In this document: in pieces, positions 8,999-18,953 of the stretch
Layout of the letters: every line of letters begins with the position of its first letter
Position numbering within the stretch: position 1 is the stretch's first letter
NCBI GenBank assembly: GCA_965218785.1
Contig: OZ244650.1
Location: 672,001-736,000 of the forward strand
Reading direction: 5' to 3'
Origin: Nitrosopumilus sp.
GTDB lineage: Archaea > Thermoproteota > Nitrososphaeria > Nitrososphaerales > Nitrosopumilaceae
DNA: 64,000 nucleotides
Program-made: the position numbers and the translations under genes
The notes under the pieces: model-generated
The model's input: the letters and a program-made list of their open reading frames with translations, nothing else
Databases searched by the model: none
What the model was told of the DNA's origin: nothing

Positions 8999-10696
8999 AT
9001 GAATAAAATGGAAACTATGACTGGTGCCAAGGCCCTGATGACGGCCATGGAAAAGGAGGGTGTCAAACAAGTGTTTGGCCTGCCTGGAGGTGCAAACCTT
9101 CCGATGTATGATGAATTTGCTAGATGTAATATTAGACATATTCTGGCAAGACACGAACAATCTGCTGCCCATATGGCTGACGGTTTTGGCAGAGTCAGCA
9201 GAAAACCGGGTGTCTGCTTTGCAACATCCGGACCCGGTGCCACCAACATACTGACTGGAATTGCAACAGCACAAGCTGATTCTGCACCGATGATTGCAGT
9301 AACCGGTCAGGTGCCAGTTGCGATGATCGGAAAGGACGCATTTCAGGAAAGTGATATCATTGGAATGGCAAACCCCGTTGTAAAATATGCATACCAGCCA
9401 AGAACAGCCGCTGAAATTCCAGAAGCAGTAAAAAAAGGATTTTACATTGCAGAAACTGGCAGACCGGGACCTGTATTAATTGACATTCCAAAGGACGTTC
9501 AAACAGAAAAGGCGGAGATGAAATTTCCAGATGAATTTAGGATACAAGGTTATCATCCCTGGACTGATCCTGATATTACTGCATGTGAAAAAGCAGTTGA
9601 CATGTTACTTCATTCAGAAAAACCAATCATCCTGGCCGGAGGTGGAACTATCATCTCATCGGCATTTGCTGAATTACAATCTATTGCTGAAACCCTTATG
9701 CTTCCGGTAGTTACTACATTCAAAGGCAAGGGGGCGTTTCCTGAAACCCATCCTTTGTCCTTGGGTCCGATTGGAATGCATGGACATGCAGAGGCAAACA
9801 AAATGATGACAGAAGCTGACTGCGTCCTGGCAATAGGAACCCGTTTCTCTGATAGATCAGTTGGAACCTTTGAGACATTTGAAAAGAGACTCAAAATTAT
9901 CCACATGGATGTAGATCCCGCAGAGATTGGTAAAAACCAAACGGCCCAGGTTGCAGTAGTTGGCGATGTCAAGGCATCCCTCCGAATAATGATAAAATTA
10001 CTTTTGCAAAGGGCAGTCAAAAAAACCGAAGAGAATACCTGGATCAAACATGTTAAAGAGACCAAAGCATACTGGAAGGAGAACCTGAAACTTCATCCCG
10101 GCGAAATGGGCGCAGCTAAAATTTTACGCAAGCTCCGTGAACTGTTACCTCCAAAAGCCATTGTAACTACTGAAGTGGGACAACACCAGATGTGGGCGTC
10201 ATTATTTTATGATGTAATTCAACCCGGTACTTTTTTTAGCTCCACCGGACTTGGTACCATGGGCTGGGGATTTCCGGCATCAATTGGTGCCAAGGTGGCA
10301 CGCCCTGACGTTCCCGTAGTTGATATTGCAGGTGATGGCAGCTTTGCGATGACTGAAAACTCTCTTGCAACCTGCATACAGGAGGATATTCCGGTGATTG
10401 TATTTATCCTAAATAATTCCTCATTAGGAATGGTGGCTCAATGGCAGAGAACCTTCTATCAGAGAAGAATGATCGGAGTGGAGCAAAATCACTGCCCTGA
10501 TTATGTTAAACTGGCAGAATCCTACGGAGCTCAGGGAATCCGTGCACAGTCCATGGATGAGCTTGACAAGGCAATAAAATCGGCACTAGGCAGTGAAGTT
10601 GCCACCGTAATTGATATTCCAATTGATCCAGAAGAAGACGTATTGCCATTTGTAGCCCCGGGAACTTCGCTTGAGGATATGATCCTGCCATCATAG
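8999..10696 (+). CDS. ilvB: Acetolactate synthase large subunit
   Basis: FGLPGGANLP, RHEQ, TSGPGATN, GDGSF TPP motif; GGAG at 8986 supports ATG 8999 (alternative start 8984). Confidence 0.97.
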   Translation: MNKMETMTGAKALMTAMEKEGVKQVFGLPGGANLPMYDEFARCNIRHILARHEQSAAHMADGFGRVSRKPGVCFATSGPGATNILTGIATAQADSAPMIAVTGQVPVAMIGKDAFQESDIIGMANPVVKYAYQPRTAAEIPEAVKKGFYIAETGRPGPVLIDIPKDVQTEKAEMKFPDEFRIQGYHPWTDPDITACEKAVDMLLHSEKPIILAGGGTIISSAFAELQSIAETLMLPVVTTFKGKGAFPETHPLSLGPIGMHGHAEANKMMTEADCVLAIGTRFSDRSVGTFETFEKRLKIIHMDVDPAEIGKNQTAQVAVVGDVKASLRIMIKLLLQRAVKKTEENTWIKHVKETKAYWKENLKLHPGEMGAAKILRKLRELLPPKAIVTTEVGQHQMWASLFYDVIQPGTFFSSTGLGTMGWGFPASIGAKVARPDVPVVDIAGDGSFAMTENSLATCIQEDIPVIVFILNNSSLGMVAQWQRTFYQRRMIGVEQNHCPDYVKLAESYGAQGIRAQSMDELDKAIKSALGSEVATVIDIPIDPEEDVLPFVAPGTSLEDMILPS

Positions 10697-10704
10697 TGAT
10701 TATC

Positions 10705-11187
10705 ATGTGGGCGATTCTTTCTCTAGTAGTTGAAAACAAACCTGGAATCCTGTTTAAGGTAACGCATCTTTTCCGCTCAAGAAACTTTAACATAGACAGC
10801 ATTTCTGTAGGTGTAATGGAAAATCCAGAATACTCCAAAATGACCATAACGACTTATGGCAATGAAAAACAGGTGGCACAGATCGTAAAGCAGCTTGATA
10901 AAATGATAGACACCATAGAAGTCAAGCACCTAGATGAGCACAAAACAGTGTATAGGGAACTCTGTCTTTTTAAGATAAAACTATGTAATGCAAATGACAG
11001 CATGGAAGTAAACAAGATCGCCAATGCATACGGCGGCAAAGTACACGATGTGAAAAAAGAGTCACTTATGGTGGAACTGACTGCCACTCCTGATCAAATC
11101 CATGCATTTGAGGAATTAGTAAAGCCGTTTGGAATACTTGATGCTGCACGTACCGGTGTTGCCGCATTACAGAGAAGTGGGGCATGA
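10705..11187 (+). CDS. ilvH: Acetolactate synthase small (regulatory) subunit
   Basis: ACT domain VENKPGIL...NIDSISVG, KQLDK, ARTG. Confidence 0.95.
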   Translation: MWAILSLVVENKPGILFKVTHLFRSRNFNIDSISVGVMENPEYSKMTITTYGNEKQVAQIVKQLDKMIDTIEVKHLDEHKTVYRELCLFKIKLCNANDSMEVNKIANAYGGKVHDVKKESLMVELTATPDQIHAFEELVKPFGILDAARTGVAALQRSGA

Positions 11188-12689
11188 ACGTCAGAATATT
11201 TGATACGACATTACGTGATGGAGAGCAAACCATCGGTGTTTCGTTATCCCCGGATCAAAAATTAGCCATTGCAAAAAGACTCGACGAACTCGGAGTTGAT
11301 GCAATAGAGGCCGGTTTTCCAGTAATTTCCGAAGGTGAATTCAAGGCAGTAAAAATGATTGCCAGTGAAGGACTGTCTTGCGAAATTGCAGGACTGGCTA
11401 GAACCATCAGGAAGGACATCGATGCTGTAGTAGATGCCAGATTAAACTACGTCCACACGTTTATTGCAACTTCTGATATTCATCTAAAAGACAAGCTCCA
11501 TATGAGCAGGGATCAGGCATTGGAAAAAGCAGTTGAAGCAGTAGAGTATGGAAAATCCCGCGGACTGCAGGTGGAATTTTCTGCAGAAGATGCTACGAGG
11601 ACTGACAGGGAGTTTTTGAAAAAAGTCTTTGACAAAGTCGCCAAAGCTGGAGCTGACAGGGTCAACATTCCTGATACCGTGGGGTATTGCACCCCTGAAT
11701 ACATGGCAGAACTAACAAGGGATACAGTCAAAGTGACAAACCTTCCGGTAAGTGTCCACTGTCATAATGACTTTGGACTGGCAGTCGCCAACGCCCTATC
11801 TGGAATTCATGCAGGAGCCACGTGTGCACATGTTACAATTAATGGAATAGGCGAACGTGCAGGAAATGCATCGCTAGAAGAGTTCTCCATGGCATTAAAA
11901 TGCCTCCCATACGAGCAAAAATATGAAACTGGCATCAAATCCAAATTAATCTATGATACATCCAGATACATTTCAAAGGTTGTAGGCATCAAAGTTCAGC
12001 CAAACAAGGCAATTGTTGGCGATAACGCGTTTGGACACGAGTCTGGAATTCACACTCATGGTGTGCTAAGTAATCCGCTTACTTATGAGCCAATCAGTCC
12101 CGAACTGGTTGGAAGACGGAGGCGATTAAAGATTGGAAAGCATGCGGGAATCCACGGAATGAATGCGATGCTTGCAGACTTTGGTGTCAAACCAACTGCG
12201 GAGCAATCACAACAAATCTTAGAGAGAGTCAAGACAATAGCTGATCAAGGAAAACTGATCACTGATGTTGAATTGCTCTCTATTGCAAGCAAAGTTTTAG
12301 GCGAGGAGGGAATCAAAAGAATTGTCCAACTGACCGGGTTTTCAGTATCTACTGGAATCGGAACAATGCCTTATGCATTTGTCAAATTAAATATTGATGG
12401 AATCGAGTACGTCGGAACTGATCATGGTGTCGGTCCAGTTGACGCATCGCTTAATGCAATTCAAAAGATTACCGGAAAAATTTCAGAGATTAGAATCAAA
12501 GACTATGCCCTGGAATCAATTTCCGGCGGTTCTACTGCATCGTGCGGGGTTACAATCAGCGTAGAGGACGCACATGGCAACAGGGTCTCTGCAAAATCAG
12601 TCGGTGAAGACATTGTGACTACAAGTGTCAAGGCAGTTATTGACGGTATTAACAGAATTATGCTCAAAAAGATGCTTAAAGACAAATAG
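11184..12689 (+). CDS. leuA: 2-isopropylmalate synthase (LeuA/CimA family)
   Basis: DTTLRDGEQ, HCHND, GERAGN, HESGIH; C-terminal regulatory domain; could be citramalate synthase. Confidence 0.88.
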   Translation: MNVRIFDTTLRDGEQTIGVSLSPDQKLAIAKRLDELGVDAIEAGFPVISEGEFKAVKMIASEGLSCEIAGLARTIRKDIDAVVDARLNYVHTFIATSDIHLKDKLHMSRDQALEKAVEAVEYGKSRGLQVEFSAEDATRTDREFLKKVFDKVAKAGADRVNIPDTVGYCTPEYMAELTRDTVKVTNLPVSVHCHNDFGLAVANALSGIHAGATCAHVTINGIGERAGNASLEEFSMALKCLPYEQKYETGIKSKLIYDTSRYISKVVGIKVQPNKAIVGDNAFGHESGIHTHGVLSNPLTYEPISPELVGRRRRLKIGKHAGIHGMNAMLADFGVKPTAEQSQQILERVKTIADQGKLITDVELLSIASKVLGEEGIKRIVQLTGFSVSTGIGTMPYAFVKLNIDGIEYVGTDHGVGPVDASLNAIQKITGKISEIRIKDYALESISGGSTASCGVTISVEDAHGNRVSAKSVGEDIVTTSVKAVIDGINRIMLKKMLKDK

Positions 12690-12731
12690 TTGGGCTAAAT
12701 CCTAAAATTCCCTTTATTTGTAGGGGTATAC

Positions 12732-13745
12732 ATGTACAAAATATCGTTAATTACCGGTGATGGAATTGGTCCGGAATTGTCTGATTCTGCAGTCTCTGTT
12801 TTAGAAACAATCCATGACAGGATGGATCTAAAGTTTGATATTACAAAACTGTCTGCCGGTGACAGGGCCCTGGCAGAAACCGGTAAGGCACTACCTGATC
12901 AAACAGTCGAGACGATCAAAAATTCCGATGCCTGTATCAAGGCACCTGTTGGAGAATCAGCAGCTGATGTCATTGTTGTGTTGCGGCGAATGCTTGACTT
13001 GTATGCCAATATACGTCCGGCAAAGTCATACCCGCACATGCCTGCACTGCGTGATGATATTGACATGGTAATAGTCCGTGAAAACACCGAGGATCTTTAT
13101 ACGGGAAAGGAATTCAGCTTGGGGGATTCTGCAGTTGCACTGCGGATAATTTCTACACGTGCTTCAAAAAGAATCGCCAAATACGCGTTTGAAACTGCCA
13201 AACAGCGCGGTTCTATGAAAAAAGTAACATGTGTTCACAAATCAAACGTAATGAGAGTGACTGACGGATTGTTTGCCAAGGCATGCACTGATGTATCTGA
13301 AGATTATCCTGACATTGCGTTTGAGGAGATGTATGTAGATGCGTGTGCGATGAACCTGATTCGTCAACCAGAACAGTTCGATGTTATAGTAACTACCAAT
13401 CTGTTTGGGGACATCTTATCTGACGAGTCCTCCCAGGTTGTCGGTGGATTGGGAATGGCCCCTGCTGCCAATATTGGCGATAACTTTGCATTGTTTGAGC
13501 CGGTTCATGGAGCTGCATTTGATATTGCCGGACAAAACATTGCGAATCCCTCGTCTTTCTTGCTTTCCATCAAAATGATGTTTGATTGGCTTGGAGCAAA
13601 ACATAATGATTCCAGGTGTCTTCAAACAGGTCAAAAGCTGGAATCGACAATATTTGATCTGGTAAAATCCGGTGTTAAAACCAAGGATATTGGCGGGAAT
13701 ATGAGCACTACAGAGTTTACCCGGGCAGTTACAGACTGCCTTTAA
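12732..13745 (+). CDS. leuB: 3-isopropylmalate dehydrogenase
   Basis: GDGIGPE, VRENTE, NLFGDILSD and FEPVHGAA motifs; operon context. Confidence 0.9.
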   Translation: MYKISLITGDGIGPELSDSAVSVLETIHDRMDLKFDITKLSAGDRALAETGKALPDQTVETIKNSDACIKAPVGESAADVIVVLRRMLDLYANIRPAKSYPHMPALRDDIDMVIVRENTEDLYTGKEFSLGDSAVALRIISTRASKRIAKYAFETAKQRGSMKKVTCVHKSNVMRVTDGLFAKACTDVSEDYPDIAFEEMYVDACAMNLIRQPEQFDVIVTTNLFGDILSDESSQVVGGLGMAPAANIGDNFALFEPVHGAAFDIAGQNIANPSSFLLSIKMMFDWLGAKHNDSRCLQTGQKLESTIFDLVKSGVKTKDIGGNMSTTEFTRAVTDCL

Positions 13746-13909
13746 CTGATTTTTTTTCTGTCAATTCTGGGATGTTATCATCCGGACTGAGAATTCTTTG
13801 ATGGAATTTGCAAATCTATTTCTGTCATTACAAGATCTGATCTTGGTACCCCCCCACCATCTTACAGAATAATTTCTAGTCTTTTTTATTACATCGGTGC
13901 TGGCTGATT

Positions 13910-14105
13910 TAATGACTCAAAAAGACTTGCGCCTTATTTGAATGCAGTAGAGATCTGGCATCAGGCAAAGAGGCGTTGCAGGTCTGAATATGCATCAATG
14001 TTTGATGTGCTATATCGGGTTTCCGAATATTTTAGTATGGTATGATCCTCTAAATGTTGAAAAACATCTGAAGAATTTTGATTGACGTCCTGAACTTTTG
14101 ATTGT
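13910..14105 (+). mobile_element. Decayed 3' fragment of the IS630-type element
   Basis: Aligns by eye to 15950-16160 (ccttatttgaatgcagtagag...tggcatcaggcaaag...tttccgaatattttag...aacttttgat). Confidence 0.7.
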
Positions 14106-14126
14106 CTGGACTGTTTTTCATCGGAT

Positions 14127-14308
14127 CATCTTGAATCGTGTCCACAGTGTTTGCACATGTTTGGCAGTGATGCCAGAGTCTGCTATCTGTGTGGGTGTCA
14201 TTCCTTTTTACGCCCTCTGATCAGATATTGAAGGATTTCTCTGTCCATCTTTTTTATGCTTTTTTATGATCAGTGCAGTCAAATAATCCATTATCCTCCT
14301 TGGATCCT
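14127..14308 (-). mobile_element. Decayed 5' fragment of an IS481-like element
   Basis: Aligns by eye to 46300-46490 (ggcagtgatgcca, gctatctgtgtgggtgt, aaataatccatta, ggatcc). Confidence 0.65.
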
Positions 14309-14384
14309 AGACTGACCTCTTTATATCATTGAAAATCTATCTTTACGTACAATCCTTTTTATAATCTGTTATATTATAACAACT

Positions 14385-14510
14385 ATGAACAGAAATACCA
14401 AGTTTCTACCATGTACAGATTCTTTTGGAAAAGAGGCAAGTATGCTTTCATGTTCATACAAGACTGTAGCAGAAGCGAAAAAGGCTATCTTAGAGGATCT
14501 GTCTGAATAG
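14385..14510 (+). CDS. Putative 41-aa antitoxin
   Basis: MNRNTKFLPCTDSFGKEASMLSCSYKTVAEAKKAILEDLSE; TTTATAA about 28 nt upstream; directly precedes a RelE-like ORF. Confidence 0.5.
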   Translation: MNRNTKFLPCTDSFGKEASMLSCSYKTVAEAKKAILEDLSE

Positions 14511-14529
14511 ATAACATCAGTGAGTTAAC

Positions 14530-14817
14530 ATGTATGAGCTGAAGTTATCTAAACTTTTTAATAATCAAATTAAAATAATAGCCAAAAAATCCCAAACTAC
14601 TTTTTTAAATATTTGTGAAAGCTGGGATAACGTACACAAAATAATCAATGAATTGGGAAGGAAAGGAAACCCATTTCAAGTAGTCAAATTTGCAGAAAAA
14701 GTAAAGGGTAGAAAACTGTACATTATTTATCGTTTAATTGAAGACAAGAAACAACTTTGGGTAGAAACAATTGTAATAAAAAAATCTAAAGATAAATTTG
14801 TTATTTACCGTCCGTAA
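14530..14817 (+). CDS. RelE/ParE-like toxin (divergent)
   Basis: 95 aa, very basic; MYELKLSKLF..QIK start, GNPF, YIIYRLIEDKKQLWV end pattern. Confidence 0.55.
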   Translation: MYELKLSKLFNNQIKIIAKKSQTTFLNICESWDNVHKIINELGRKGNPFQVVKFAEKVKGRKLYIIYRLIEDKKQLWVETIVIKKSKDKFVIYRP

Positions 14818-15064
14818 AATTAATCATTGGTTACAACAATTCCCTTATCTTTCACTATAAACTTTATTCTATCTGATCTTCACAACATTTTACCTATGGT
14901 TTTGACAATCTATAGTCAAAAGACAAAGTTGTGAATTAAAAATCATTCAAAAACAAAAGATTAGATGATTTTACTAAGATAAATACAAATAAGCAAATTG
15001 GAATATCTTGAAAATAACTCACAAACTTATGATTGTCATTATGAGAGAATTCTTTACTCATCTA

Positions 15065-16162
15065 TAGTGACACGCAAATGTTTTTGAGATCAATTGCATC
15101 AAACCAAAAACTACAAAGATCATCTTTCTCTTAAAACAGCATGAGATCAATCATACCGGAAGATTTCAAAAAAGCGTACAAAAAAGAAAAAGATCCAAAA
15201 ATAAGGCCAAGAATGCTTGCAGTACACATGTATTATGTACGTAACAAGGATGTGCAGGAGATAGCACAAGATCTACTGCAATGTCCCAACTGGGTCACTC
15301 GGTGGGTAGAACGCTTTGAAAAGGAGGGTCTTGATGGCTTCCGAGATCTTCCCAAATGCGGAAGACCTGTAAAAATTTCACACAAAAAAATGGATCAGAT
15401 AATCCTCAAAACATCCAGTGAACACATCACGCCGGTACAGCTGCAACAAATTTTATTTACAGAGACTGGAATTACACTTCACATAACACATGTTAGAAAG
15501 ATCATGCACAGATACAACTTGTCTCCAAAAAAACCAAATCTAATTAATGTAAATCGTGCAAATAAACGTACAGTATCCAACTGGAAATACCATCTAAAAA
15601 AGAAGATCCCACGCCTAGAAAAGAAATGATATGCCATATGTGTCGAGGACGAATCAATAATGATCCATGATCCGATGGTTGGCAACAAATACTGGTCGCT
15701 TGTAAACCATTCCATATCGATGCCGTACACCAGAAAGCATCAAAGAATCATTATGTATGGTTCTATTACAAAAGATGGAAGACAATTTTTTAGAGCATGT
15801 GAAAAATTCAATGCAGATACATTTGTGTCGTATCTTAAGAAATTAAAAAGAAAATGTGGCAAAGTTGCAGTAATCTTGGATAGGGCGCCACAGCATCGCG
15901 CAAAAGTTGTCAGGAAATTTTTTTAAGAAAAAATCCAAATATTAAATTAATTTACCTTCCAAAAGGTTCTCCATATTTGAATGTGGTAGAAGAGTGCTGG
16001 CATCAGGCAAAGCGGGAGTTGCTGGTCTCTGAATATTATGTATCAATGTCTGAGATGACGTATAGGATTTCCGAGTATTTTAGAACTGCGATTCTATCTG
16101 GATATTGAAAAATATCTGAATAGAATTCCTATATTGATCTCATAAACTTTTGATCGTCACTA
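15065..16162 (+). mobile_element. IS630-family insertion sequence (full length, inactivated)
   Basis: Imperfect TIRs TAGTGACACGCAAATGTTTTTGAGATC / TAGTGACGATCAAAAGTTTATGAGATC; flanking TA at 15063-15064 and 16163-16164. Confidence 0.88.
15141..16108 (+). pseudogene. IS630 transposase pseudogene
   Basis: HTH (RWVERF...GRP) then DDE triad (EDES, LDRAPQH, SPYLNVVEECW); in-frame TGA at 15627 and a frameshift in the T-run near 15920. Confidence 0.88.
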
Positions 16163-16689
16163 TATGTACAGAAATCCGTGATATAGATTAATAGTGATGG
16201 GAGTGTAGATTTCATATCATGAAGAGGTACAAAAACACATTCGGTCCACCCCATCTAAAAACCGAATGGCTTACGTTGCCCAACATTTTGCAGGGTCTTA
16301 CTATGGGACTGTTCAAATACGAGGACATTCCAGAAGAGATAAAGTCAGACCAGCAGCCGTACCTTGCCAAGAGAAAAGAAACCGCTACGTAATTTCTTGA
16401 ACCTAAAGTTGACAAAAGTACTGTATAATCTTCGGGATCTAACTCTAATTTGGGTGGATCAAATCACATGTAACTAGGAGCGTTCAGGAACAGATCTCAT
16501 GAATTTGAATACTGCAAGAATAGTAAGAGATCGTAACCCACTCTGGTTTATCTTCGTTCATATCAAATTTTCTCTCCTTATCTTTTAATTATGCCATTTC
16601 ATATATCGTAATTAGTATTTATTCAGATCCCTGTACTTCACAGTACCAAAATTACCAATTTTTATTAATTGGGGTTTTCATGTCATATT

Positions 16690-16821
16690 ATGACAGTTTG
16701 CTGCATCTGTAAAATCGCTGAGGCTACACTCAAAATCACTGACGGCAATCCAAAATACAAGGGAAAACCAATATGCAAGGAATGCAGTGATTATCGTAAA
16801 TTACTAAAAGACACAAAGTAA
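16690..16821 (+). CDS. 43-aa zinc-finger microprotein (not in ORF track)
   Basis: MTVCCICKIAEATLKITDGNPKYKGKPICKECSDYRKLLKDTK; two CxxC; TTTATTAA about 29 nt upstream. Confidence 0.7.
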   Translation: MTVCCICKIAEATLKITDGNPKYKGKPICKECSDYRKLLKDTK

Positions 16822-17067
16822 CTATTCCACTTTTGGCTTGTTCTTTTTCACCCACTCTTCATACATTTTGATCAATTCATCTACATCCTTTCCGTCTTCA
16901 GAATATGTCAGAATTACCCCAAACGTCCCTTTCCCATCATGCCCTCTTGCAAAATACCCCCAGAAGGAATCAGGTAATTTTTGAAAGCTCTTCGAGTCGT
17001 GTGATACGCCAATCAGGTTGTTCCCAATTACCTCGACTACTTTTTTTGCATCATCTGGTTTTATCAT
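16822..17067 (-). CDS. Hypothetical protein coupled to aspS
   Basis: 81-aa ORF starting just after the aspS stop. Confidence 0.7.
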   Translation of the reverse strand: MIKPDDAKKVVEVIGNNLIGVSHDSKSFQKLPDSFWGYFARGHDGKGTFGVILTYSEDGKDVDELIKMYEEWVKKNKPKVE

Positions 17068-17068
17068 A

Positions 17069-18355
17069 TTACGGACTCAGCCTGTCGGGATCCCTTGGGT
17101 ATAACACCACTTCACGTACGTTGTCAATTCCAATAAGCGTGGTCATCAATCTGTCCAACCCCATCCCCCATCCGGAATGTGGTGGCATTCCCCAATCAAA
17201 TGTCTTTAGATGGTCTGTAAACTGTGCCGGATTCAACCCCTGCTCTTCTAGTCTGGCTTTTAGCATATCTGAATTGTGAAGTCTGGTTCCACCAGATGAT
17301 AATTCCAGATATCCAAACTGTAAATCAAATGACCGTGACAATGTCGGATCCTCGTCTTTTTCCCTGATGTAAAACGGTTTTAGCTTCATTGGCCAGTCAG
17401 TCAGAAAGAAAAATCCAGGATGCGCGTCTCCGATAATTCTAAGATGTGAATCAAGCAGGTCATCTCCAAATTCTATCTTTTCACCTGCCTTCTTGAGCTC
17501 CTCTACACATTGACTGTATGTGATTCTCTCAAATGGTGATTCTGGAATCTCAATAGTGTGGCCAATAACATGCTGTTCTGCCTTGCAGTTCTCTGCTGCC
17601 ATCTTGTATACCTCCATTACCAGAGATTCTAATATATCCATAACGTCATCGTAATCCATAAACGCCGCTTCAATGTCAACACTGGTAAACTCACTTAGGT
17701 GCCTTCCCGTATGGGAATTTTCTGCACGATAAAAGTTTGAAATCTCAAACACCCGCTCCAATCCTATCGTCATCTGTTCCTTGTATAACTGCGGACTCTG
17801 TGCAAGATATGCGGTTTTTCCAAAATAATCCAGTGAAAATAAATTTGCACCGCCTTCGCTTGCACTACCTATGATTTTAGGGGTTGTAATTTCTATGAAT
17901 TTTTTTTCAGTCAGGCTTTTGCGTAATGACTGCAATACATGGTGTCTGAGTTTAAAAATTGAAGCGGTCTTTTGATTTCTCATATCCAATGCGCGGTGGT
18001 TTAACCTCGTATCGATGTTGCTCTCTAGCCTGCCGATGGGGTCTACTGGCAACGGATGTACTGCTTTTCCTAAAACTTTTATCTCCTCTGCCTTTATTTC
18101 AAATGAAAAATCCCTCGCCTTGGTTTCTTGTACGATCCCTTTCACACTAACAGCGCTTTGGCGGTTGATTTCACCGAGATCATCGTTGAGTTTGTCTTTT
18201 ACAATCACCTGAGAGATTCCTGAAACATCGCGCAATGTGATAAATGACATTTTGCCCAGTCTGCGAAGATCCTCGATCCATCCTCCCAACACGACTTGTT
18301 CCCCAATTAGTTCTGATGTAAGATCTGCAATATCGTGAGTTTTGACAAAAACCAT
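17069..18355 (-). CDS. aspS: Aspartyl-tRNA synthetase (archaeal type, probably non-discriminating)
   Basis: OB fold, LAQSPQLYKE, YRAENSHTGRHLSEF, PPHSGWGMGLDR, YPRD. Confidence 0.96.
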   Translation of the reverse strand: MVFVKTHDIADLTSELIGEQVVLGGWIEDLRRLGKMSFITLRDVSGISQVIVKDKLNDDLGEINRQSAVSVKGIVQETKARDFSFEIKAEEIKVLGKAVHPLPVDPIGRLESNIDTRLNHRALDMRNQKTASIFKLRHHVLQSLRKSLTEKKFIEITTPKIIGSASEGGANLFSLDYFGKTAYLAQSPQLYKEQMTIGLERVFEISNFYRAENSHTGRHLSEFTSVDIEAAFMDYDDVMDILESLVMEVYKMAAENCKAEQHVIGHTIEIPESPFERITYSQCVEELKKAGEKIEFGDDLLDSHLRIIGDAHPGFFFLTDWPMKLKPFYIREKDEDPTLSRSFDLQFGYLELSSGGTRLHNSDMLKARLEEQGLNPAQFTDHLKTFDWGMPPHSGWGMGLDRLMTTLIGIDNVREVVLYPRDPDRLSP

Positions 18356-18358
18356 CGT

Positions 18359-18871
18359 CTATCTTTTATCCTCAAATTCTATCTCAATGTCAAGGTTTCG
18401 GGCATTTTTTACAATTTGCACGACTTTTTCCGTATCTATTGGAAATTTACGTGTCCATTTGCCGGAAATCACGGCTTTGGTCTTTTGAACTCCGCCAGGC
18501 ACCCAGACTGAGTTTATTGATAGAACCTTGGTCGGAAAAAGGAGGTCCTCTATGAATTTTTTATCTGTCTCCTCTGCCTCAATAAGCCAAAGCTTGTCTT
18601 CAAACTGGTCCTGAAGTATCCCATACAAAGTACGGCTTTGCCTTATCTTCATTATGTCGTTTTTTGCCAGCGTTAAAACGAAATTTCCCTCAACTCTACT
18701 GCAAGAATACATGGTAAAATCCTCGATTTTATTATTTGACTTTGCAATTTTTGCAAGAATAATTGATGCATCCACGTCAACTTGCGTGATCTCCTTTGAT
18801 TCCACCTTTCCTTCACATTGGGGACATAAAACAGCATTTTTTGCATCAAAACCACAAATTGGAAGCTTCAT
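18359..18871 (-). CDS. NusA-like KH-domain zinc-binding protein
   Basis: MKLPICGFD...LCPQC N-terminus, typical of the archaeal NusA paralogue family. Confidence 0.7.
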   Translation of the reverse strand: MKLPICGFDAKNAVLCPQCEGKVESKEITQVDVDASIILAKIAKSNNKIEDFTMYSCSRVEGNFVLTLAKNDIMKIRQSRTLYGILQDQFEDKLWLIEAEETDKKFIEDLLFPTKVLSINSVWVPGGVQKTKAVISGKWTRKFPIDTEKVVQIVKNARNLDIEIEFEDKR

Positions 18872-18953
18872 TTAATCAACTTTTATCATTCTGATAATGT
18901 TGTTTATATCCCTTGGTGCAAAACAAAAATTCTAGTTTGGATCTAACAAAGAC

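Noticed and set aside
14900-14921. Palindrome TTTTGAC-AATCTATA-GTCAAAA as another IS630 end
   Set aside because: Only TATAGT matches the TIR and there is no partner end
15627-15629. TGA as a selenocysteine or readthrough codon
   Set aside because: A second frameshift lies downstream, so simple pseudogenisation explains it
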